A stretch of DNA of 64,000 nucleotides from Octopus vulgaris. Lineage: Eukaryota. The stretch's first letter is position 1; every line of letters begins with the position of its first letter. The notes beneath the pieces were generated by a model. It searched no databases, was not told the DNA's origin, and was given only the letters and a program-made list of their open reading frames with translations. The position numbers were made by a program, and so were the translations under genes. Location: NCBI GenBank assembly GCA_951406725.2, contig OX597825.1, positions 17,050,001 through 17,114,000 of the forward strand. Reading direction: 5' to 3'. Positions 54,971 to 64,000 of this stretch are shown here, in pieces.

Positions 54971-56782
54971 TCTCATCTCATGTCTGTATTATTCCTGCGA
55001 TTCCATGCTTTTTACTCTGAAAAATGTATTGTCGTTCAGAAGGAACGTAAAGCCGCAAAAATATAAGTGCCTACATTTAATTTTGTTTCCGAAATTCTGA
55101 ACTTTAATCATGGATTAAAATTGTAAATTGACAAAAATGCAAATAAAGCAAATAAAAAATAATATTAATTTTGTTTACATTATGAAAGGAGTTAAAAAAT
55201 TTCAATCACTATTACCAGTATCTTTTCAGAAATAACTGTGGAAGCGTCCACGATTCTAATTCACAAGATAAACAAACAATGTTTTCGAGAAATGAAAACA
55301 CAAATCTATAATAATGAAGTTCAATGTCCTACTTTTAAGCATTGCTCGTCTCGCTTACACATGGCCATGCGTATTTTTGTGAATTCCAGGATATATTTTC
55401 TCTGATTTCCAATCCCGCGCTTATAAGTCTCAAAACGGCAAGTCTCTATGAAAAGTGAAAGATTTTCCTCACAGTTCCATTATTTTGCTCTTAAAATTTG
55501 AACCAATTTTCTGAAATCTAAAATCTCTCGATATTAGTGTTTTTTAAGCAAAGATACTTTCAAATTTGTGAACAATTGAAAGATATTGAGCTTGTGTATC
55601 TCTATACTAACTCTACCAGGAAAAGCTATTCCGTACTCACATCTAAGTGTATGTAAAGCTAAGCCGAAGGAGGGCCGGAACAGGTCAGAATTTTGTTTGA
55701 AGATTATTTTACAAATGTTTCAAATAAGGACAATTATTTAGTGTCCATCCCAACTGTACTAATTTTAATTTAGTTTGTATAAATATATTTCTTTCATTTG
55801 GTATTTAAAGCGACAGAGCTGTAAAGATTTGAAATGAATTTGACCTGTTTCTGCTGTATCAATTTTGTCGAAATATGCATACCACAGAGATTTTGACGAG
55901 GTCTATAATTGTTTTTATTTAAATATAATTTAAATAAAAATGTTAAGAGGATAAGAAACCATTATGTTTAGAATGTATTTGTTCTACCATTTCGTCAATA
56001 TATGTCATATCATAGATTATACTTGACCAAATGATATATCAAAATGTAACGGAACAGAAGTACTTTTCAATGAACTGCATGTAATTTGGCCCAGAATTGA
56101 ATTAGCTATAGGGTATAGAATTGGTTGCAAAGAAAGTAAATGCCTAACGTAAGAATATTCTCCACCATGTTTCGTTGATGAGTAATCCGACGTAGTTTAT
56201 ATAATATTGATATTATGGATAGCTATGCTTAACAGCCAAAATCAATGACGTTGATGCTCTGACATGTTATTCTGCTTTAGTAGTCATGGAAATGTCTTAA
56301 TTGTTTAAACATTTGTAAGATAGCCATCTTCAAAGAAAACTCAGTAAATAGCTTAGGGACAACTAACTTATTTGTAATTCAGATGACATCATTCTTGCAT
56401 CCGTTTGATTGTCTGCTATATAAACATTCTTCTAAAATACAATATTCTTTTCGGAACGCCAGAGGTTTCATATGTTTAATTAAAATGCAGTAGAAATATT
56501 CATGGGATTTATGGAACATAGCAGAATCAGCTATACTTCTCTTCAATTTTCTCTTGCTACCACAGTGGATATTATTCCTCTAGTCTTAAAGAATTCCTTA
56601 GATCGAACATTCAAACAGAACATTTTCTATAGGTATAGTCAAATGTAGTATATATTTACTTTTCTCATTTAGAAATGAATGAATCGCTACTGGATTTTTC
56701 TTCAACATTTCGTTAGAAGTGCATGCATAATTAGATCAGTTACGAAGGTCATATTAGAAACGAATTGATTCTTCTCATATAA

Positions 56783-57163
56783 TTCTTTTACTTGTTTCAG
56801 TCATTTGACTGTAGCCATGCTGGAGCACCGCCTTTAGTCGAGCAAATCGACCCGAGCACTTATTCTTTGTAAGCCTTGTACTTATTCTATTGTTCTCTTT
56901 TTCCGAACCGCTAAGTTACGGAGAGGTAAACACACCAGCATCGGTTGTCAAGCGATGTTGGGGGTACAAACACAGACGCACACATACATATATATATACG
57001 ACGGACTTCTTTCAGTTTATGTCTACCGAATCCACTCATAAGGCTTCGGTCGGCCCAAGGCTATACTAGAAGATATTTGCCCAAGGTGCCACGCAGTGGG
57101 ACTGAACACAGAACCATGTGGTTGCTAAGCAAGCTACTTACCCCCACAGCCACTCCTACGTCT
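56783..57163 (-). mobile_element. SINE family A, full length
   Basis: Reverse-complement similarity to 31447-31858. Confidence 0.93.
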
Positions 57164-57284
57164 ATAAGTGAAGTTTTGTTAACATTTTTATTTTGGTGAT
57201 GGTGAGACAAGATGGCTGGAGTCCCTTGTACTCGTTACCTTATTCATAGGTAAATACAACATTTATCCTTTATACACACATTTA

Positions 57285-57346
57285 TCTTTTACTTTCTACT
57301 TGTTTAAGTCATTAGAATGCGCCCATAGTGGAGCACCACCTTGAAG
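57285..57346 (-). mobile_element. SINE family A 3' tail fragment
   Basis: ttttactttctacttgtttaagtcattag..tggagcaccacctt. Confidence 0.75.
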
Positions 57347-57355
57347 AACGATTAA

Positions 57356-57710
57356 TTCCGGGTTCATTCCCACTGTGAGGTACATTTGGCAAGTGTCTTC
57401 TACTACAGCCTCGGGCCGACCATAGCCTTGGATTTGGTAGACGGAAACTGAAAGAAGCCCATAGTATATATGTATATATATGTGTATATGTGTATATATG
57501 TTTGCGTGTCTGTGTTTGTCTCCCCAACATTGCTTGATAGCCGATGCTGGTGAGTTTATGTCCCCGTCACTTAGCGGTTCGGCACAAGAGACCAATAGGA
57601 TAAGTACTAGGCTTCTAAAGAATAGGTATTGGGATAGATTTGCTCGCCTAAAGGCGGTGCTCCAGCTGGCCGCAGTGAAATGACTGAAACAAATAGAAGA
57701 GTAAGAGTAA
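57356..57710 (+). mobile_element. SINE family A, 5'-truncated just before the B box
   Basis: ttccgggttcattcccactg..ggcaagtgtcttctact..tgactgaaacaaatagaagagtaagag. Confidence 0.92.
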
Positions 57711-59650
57711 TAGTAAAGACTAATGATATAAGATTTACAACTCGTTCTGCGTATCTAACTGAAATGAAAAACAGAATTTAATGTAGGATGAACGAAAATT
57801 TATAAATAAAAATGAAAATAATAAAGAATATAGGAAAATATAATAGCGTAACTATAGCAACATAACATTAATGACAAGAAAAAAATGTAACTCTGGATAT
57901 GACACATTCCATGCAATAAGAAATCTCTTGAACAGAACAAAACGATATTTAAAAGGAATAAATTAAGGATTGTCGTTATACAAATTATAACTAGGGGGGC
58001 AATTGAATGAACATAAATATAAAGATCTTGTGAATGTAATCAATAATACAAAGATAAGCTTCAACGAATTAACAGGAAGAGAATATGGAAGGTATAGAAT
58101 ATGGATGATAGAAATAAAAATCCATTATTAAATTTACAACAAAATGTGGAGTAACAAAACACAGTAATATTTACTGCGCTGCTTAGAATTCTACATGAAA
58201 AAGCCAAGGAAATAATTTATACAAGACGTAATGCTTGGGGAATACAGAAAGAAAACTTCGCTTGCATAAGAATATAGATAATGTTTCTACTTAACTATAT
58301 AAGAAAATAGATAATGTGTATACCTAAATACTAAGAATTGCTAACCATCAGTTGATTAGAAACTAGAAAAATACAAACCACTTATACAATAAATAGATTC
58401 CCAGTTATTAGACCAAGAAAGAAAATTCTCGAAACCACTATATTAATATGTAGATTTTATTTTACACCAGCATCAACAGGAGGGAAAGCATGTAACTGTA
58501 AGGTCTCAGAATTTCGGAACAAATATGTATTAAATCTAAGAGCGGAATAATTCGTAACTATAAAGCATCATAGGAAAACATGCAATTAAGCAAGCGAAAA
58601 TATTTATGCAAATTTGGTTTTGCTTTTGTATTCATGACACAGGGTAAAATATAAAAACAAAGGTCTATGGTATATTATCCTTCATATATTTTTATCATGC
58701 AGGTGCAACATATGTTTTCTGGAACTTTTGGTTCCAAATCTTTTCTGGATTAATTATTTTCCGAATCTGTGTTTTTCACCTTAGTCAAAATTAACGTCAT
58801 TAAATATTCCCTTAAATAATTAAATGAAATTCAAATATATGTACGTTAGTCGAAATTAGTGTGAATAATAGGAGGTTTCAGACCACTAGTGTGCAGATAC
58901 TCGGAGTTATATCTGCATTACAATGATTACGAGATTTTGGAATGGTATGTCCATAATTTACATAAAAGAAAGATTAAAAAGTAAGTTTTGAGAGAAAATT
59001 TAACGACTCCCTTCACTTTCTATGAGTACAGTGAGTTAAGTAAATCACTTATTTTGTACTGATATCGTGAATCTTTTGTTACATAAACTCAGTCACATAT
59101 TTCTGTTAACAGACTTATAAATGCTGGAAAAAATTCTTGTTCCAAAACCAGACATTGAATGAGAAAATTAACGGAACACCTAATGTGAGTTGAAATGATG
59201 CATTAAAAGAACATTAAAAGTCCATTCAAATAATTTCAAGCCGCGGAGACTGGCATACAAGTTAAATCCAGTATAAAATAATACAATCGTGAATTAAGAG
59301 ATAGTAAAGAACAAAATAGTTGTGTATCCTAATACTTAATTTGGGAAAATCATGAAAAACAGAAGCATTTAGAACCGAAAAAAAGTGATATAAATTGGAA
59401 AGTATTGGAAAAACATGAAAATATTATTCTGTGGGAACACAAACATAGGACTATATGAAGCCTTAATTAAATATTAGCAACATGTCCTTAGTTTGAATAC
59501 AAGTTATAAATTATGTATAAATTATGTATATATTATGCAATAACACTCAGAATTCACAAATTATGGAAAACCTATATAGGAAAGCATACAAGCATACGTA
59601 ACACACACACATACGTAACACACACACATACTCACAAACATATACATATG

Positions 59651-59969
59651 CTATAGCCTCGGGCCAACCAATGCCTTGTGAGTGGATTTGGTAGCCAGAA
59701 ACTGAAAGAAGCCTGTCGTATATATGTATATATATGTATATGTATGTGTGTGTATGTGTTTGTGTGTTTGTCACTCTAGCATTGCTTGACAACCGATGCT
59801 GGTGTGTTTACGTCCCCGTCACTTAGCGGTTCGGCAAAAGAACTGATAGAATAAGTACTGGGCTTACAAAGAATAAGTTCCGGGGTCGATTTGGTCGACT
59901 AAAGGCGGTGCTCCAGCATGGCTGCAGTCAAATGACTGAAACAAGTAAAAAGAGTAAAAGAGTAAAGAG

Positions 59970-59970
<1 letters not shown>
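59651..59970 (+). mobile_element. SINE family A, 5'-truncated
   Basis: ctatagcctcgggccaacc..aagtaaaaagagtaaaagagtaaagag. Confidence 0.93.
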
Positions 59971-60010
<40 letters not shown>

Positions 60011-60232
60011 ATATGTATTTATGTGTAAAATTGAATAAGATACAGTGAACAAGAAGGACTACGGTTAGACAGTTGTTTTTTTAATCACTACACATGTTAC
60101 CATACAACACCTTTTTTCATATATACGGGTATTTTGTTATGCAATGGTTTACCTATATATTGGGATCCAGTTGTATTTCACCAGGAGATATTCAGTTGCT
60201 GTCCACGGAAATATACCTTAAATATATTCATG

Positions 60233-60314
<82 letters not shown>
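60233..60314. repeat. (TCTA)n microsatellite
   Basis: Direct reading. Confidence 0.98.
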
Positions 60315-60831
60315 GCATGTGTGTGTATGTACATAGCTATGCATCTATATATATATATAACACTCGCATGTGTGTGTTCGAATACATGCACAATGACTCG
60401 AAAACACACGTTATACAGAAAATCCCGCTTTATCCTAGTGTAATCTTTGCATGAAGATTTAATTTTGTGTTTTCATATGGGATCCTCACTGTTGCTTTAG
60501 AGCAGTAAAATTCCCAAATCAATCGAGTTTTATTTCAAACTGTTGTGTGGCAGTTTTCCATTGAATTTAGCGTGGCGCTCCTTTGCGAGTAAAGATTCCA
60601 TCGAGAGTTGTGATGAATTGAATTTTTTTCATTTTGTAACTACTGTATTTTGGAATCTGACAGCCTAACGTTCACTCAGATACAAACGCACCTTTATGTA
60701 CAGTTACCTACGTATGTACGTGGATATATGAATGATATAAAAAAAAATCAGTATTATTCTATGCTCGGCGGATTAATCGTCAACCGACAATTTTATAAAA
60801 AAAATATATTCACATAATTTATTCTATTATG

Positions 60832-61162
60832 TTTTTACTTGTTTCATTCATACGACTGCAGCCATGCTGGTGCATCACTTTTAGTCTAAGAAATCGACCC
60901 TAGGAGCTATTCTTATCATATCGGTCTCTCTTGTTGAAACGCTAACTTTCAGGGTCATAAACACACCGACATCGCTCTCACACATACACACATATAACTA
61001 CGGGTTTCGTTCAGTTTCCATCTAAGAAACCCACTCACAAGGCTTTGGTCGGCCCGAGGCTTTAGTACAAAAGACTTGCCCAAGGTTGCATGCAGTGGAA
61101 CTGAACTCGGAACAATGTGGTTGGAAAGTAAGCTTCTTACAACCCAGCCATGCTAGCGCCTA
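60832..61162 (-). mobile_element. SINE family A, diverged with internal deletions
   Basis: ttttacttgtttca..gcagccatgctgg..ccactcacaaggctttggtcggcccgaggc..cagccatgctagcgcct. Confidence 0.88.
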
Positions 61163-61292
61163 TAATTATAAATGAATATCAATCACAATTTGTAACAAAT
61201 CTTAAAATTATCCTCTGCAAAATACTGCATGAAATTTCAGTTTCGTTTATAGACTGTTGGCATCATACGATGGCAAGAAACATCCCTTCATA

Positions 61293-61452
<160 letters not shown>

Positions 61453-61674
61453 ATCACCCTTTTATTATTACTGATCACCATATTTTATCCCAGTAAATGA
61501 CCACAGCATTTTGTCTTGGCTGCACGCGGGTGGAAGGGGACTGGTGACACAAACTTTCATTCAAACTTTGAATTTCGTGGTACTGGTCATGCTTTGGCTC
61601 GCTCTGACACTGAGTTGAGATGACGCATTCTAGTATCTCAAAATTTAATATACAATTATTCACAATTGTAGTAT

Positions 61675-61766
61675 CCTGCGCCGATGAGAGAAGAAGTCTG
61701 GGTAAAGTAGAATTTTCTAATTCTTATGATATCCTAAAACTTGATCTCGAAACGTACGTCCGTAGG
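61675..61766 (+). ncRNA. Type I hammerhead ribozyme motif, near-intact (U4C), ~61-nt helix II, predicted cleavage after C61760
   Basis: cctgcg CCGATGA gaga..aagt.tggg..agaatt ttct aattct..ccta..actt..tctc GAAA CGTACG TC cgtagg; 6-bp helix I cctgcg/cgtagg. Confidence 0.8.
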
Positions 61767-61959
61767 TAACTTAAAATTGCATGATGGATTGCCGTCATTT
61801 CATTCTTTCTTTCTTACCTGTCTGTGTTTGCCTTTTAAGTGCTGTGTTTTTACTGAGATCCCCCTTTTAGTAGAAGGAATAGCTATATCTCTTTGACTGC
61901 TATTTCTAAATTCGGTGTGTTGGTGAGGCAATTCGTTGCTAAACCCTTGATTACTTAGT

Positions 61960-61961
61960 AT

Positions 61962-62008
<47 letters not shown>

Positions 62009-62013
62009 GATAA

Positions 62014-62086
<73 letters not shown>

Positions 62087-62103
62087 GAGATAGATAGATA
62101 GAT
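61960..62103. repeat. (TAGA)n microsatellite
   Basis: Direct reading. Confidence 0.98.
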
Positions 62104-62881
62104 TGCCTGTATGAGTCGCTTATTTGAAATTTTGTCAACAGAGAGCAGATATCAATTCTCCCTAATAATTCTGAGTAGTTTCCCCGAGATTGAAGCTAGT
62201 GTGATACGACACCCTATTATACATTCGTGTATGTGTGAGTGTGCATTTATACGTCCTGCGTTAGGATCTTCATTAACCTGCTTGAATGTATTCCTGAGTT
62301 TAATTTATACAACGGTTTTCAGAAAATACTTTCGAATGGGAAGGAAAGTTGTGTTTTCCGAACAGAGGGAACTGGTAAAAGAAGATTTGGTTCAAGAAGA
62401 AGACATTCAAAATTTGAGTATCTTAGATGACATCATTAAAGTCTCGATATCAGAAGCTCTAGATATTTTATCTTCTAACCAGATCACGAATAGACTTTGA
62501 TTTAATTAGCATCGTTACTGGCAGTTTCCACTATTACGGAATTTGACCGTTAAAACACATAATTATTCCTATCATTTCAGCCACTGGATCTGTAGGGTCA
62601 TGTGTTCCGTAGCAGTAGTTGCAGTTCCAATAATTAGACATAAGTACAGGGATACAAACTGATGAAAAGATAAGCAGAGGTTTGATAAAATTCGACGAAT
62701 TTGAGTTGTGGGTAGTTATTTTCTTTCGAAAGAATTTGTATTACTTTCGATAACAGAAATCTTTTCTCAGATGATATCATCAATAATTCATGTATTCTAC
62801 AAAAAGCTGTCTCTTAAAATTATGTTATATAATGGATAGAACTGTAAATAGATTTGACTGAAACTCCATTTGCGTTGGTGT

Positions 62882-62912
<31 letters not shown>

Positions 62913-63055
62913 GTATGTATTACATTATATATACAGAGAGAGAGAGAAATATATATATACATACATATATAGGCTTACCTATATGCATACATAAGTAAGA
63001 TTACCTATCCATATACATGCCACAGACACATGTATATATACATATACATACATAT

Positions 63056-63122
<67 letters not shown>

Positions 63123-63375
63123 CATGTGTGTATATATATGAACGTATCTATATATATTTGTGTATACGTATGTAAATATATACTTGTATGTACGTACTTA
63201 TGTCTGTGTCTGTGTGTGTGTGTGTGTCTAGATATGTATGTGTGCACGAAATTATGTTTGCATTTATTTATGTAATTATGCATGAATTTATGGATGGATG
63301 GATGATGATTGAATATATGAATGGCAGGTGAAAAATATCTACATATATTGAAAACACCGCTATTACTATTAGTCA

Positions 63376-63585
63376 TTCTTCTTCTTCTTCTTCTTCTTCT
63401 TCTTCTTCTTCTTCTTCTTCTTCTTCTTCTTCTTCTTCTTCTTCTTCTTCTTCTTCTTCTTCTTCTTCCTCCTCCTCCTCCTCCTACTCTTTCTTCTATT
63501 TCTTCGCCTTCATTATTATTAATATTATTATCATCATCATCATCATCATCATCATTATTATTATTTTTATTATTATTATTATTAC

Positions 63586-63625
<40 letters not shown>

Positions 63626-63863
63626 ATTGATGTTGTTATTATTATTATTATAATTAGTTATTATCATTATTATTATTATCATTTGTTGTTGTTGTAGTAG
63701 TAGTAGTAGTAGTAGTAGTGTTAGTAGTATTATCATTATTATTATTATTATTATCATTATTATTATTGTTGTTGTTTTTGTTATTATTATTATTATTTAT
63801 TATTTTTATTTTATTATTATTATTATTATTATCATTATTATTATTATTATTATTGTTGTTGTT
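63376..63863. repeat. Compound trinucleotide microsatellite (CTT)n(CCT)n(ATC)n(ATT)n(GTT)n(GTA)n
   Basis: Direct reading. Confidence 0.97.
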
Positions 63864-63879
63864 AATAAGCTATCATTAA

Positions 63880-64000
63880 TAAACTATCATATGCAACTTT
63901 ACTTAGCAGGTATATTGTCATGATGTTTATTCACAATATATTTTGGCATATGTCAAGAATCTAACATGGAACTTTCCAACAACACATCAGTGCGTGTCTA
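63880..64000 (+). mobile_element. Possible decayed R4/Dong fragment (post-CCHC region)
   Basis: YCHDVYSQYI..ICQESNMEL resembles RHD.VG.YIHW.ICQ.Y.IE; short and degenerate. Confidence 0.3.

Noticed and set aside
55677-55851. Imperfect ~15-bp inverted repeat (ggaacaggtcagaatt / aatttgacctgtttc) suggesting a MITE
   Set aside because: Short and imperfect, with no TSD or second copy in the window.
57720-59520. A-rich stretches with faint LINE ORF1 or PLE endonuclease resemblance (CGVTKH.., INWKVLEK)
   Set aside because: Too degenerate to assign without a profile search.
62111-62500. 129-aa ORF containing MGRKVVFSEQR, reminiscent of a Tc1 N-terminus
   Set aside because: No downstream HTH or DDE motifs and no TIRs were found.

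Overview
AT-rich, repeat-saturated eukaryotic non-coding DNA. The SINE families and extreme microsatellite load point to an octopus genome (inference from recall, not a database result). I found no convincing host exon; almost all ORF-track entries are translations of (TA)n, (CA)n, (ATT)n, (CTT)n or (TATC)n. The window holds about 14 copies of one ~400-bp tRNA-type SINE (family A) and five copies of a ~240-bp SINE with a Nin/Deu-like core (family B). It also holds fragments of R4/Dong, CR1-group and RTE LINEs, a decayed mariner transposase and several Penelope-like (RT/GIY-YIG) fragments. The most striking unexplained structure is about a dozen short, mostly microsatellite-flanked modules carrying type I hammerhead-ribozyme motifs. 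They share CUGANGA...GAAA-[self-complementary helix III]-UH, often with an unusually long helix II. The best are at 61675-61766 and 28850-29009. Three modules are back-to-back pairs, two of which form long palindromes (15237-15869, 28820-29039). They look like Penelope-pLTR or retrozyme-type non-autonomous elements that target microsatellites.
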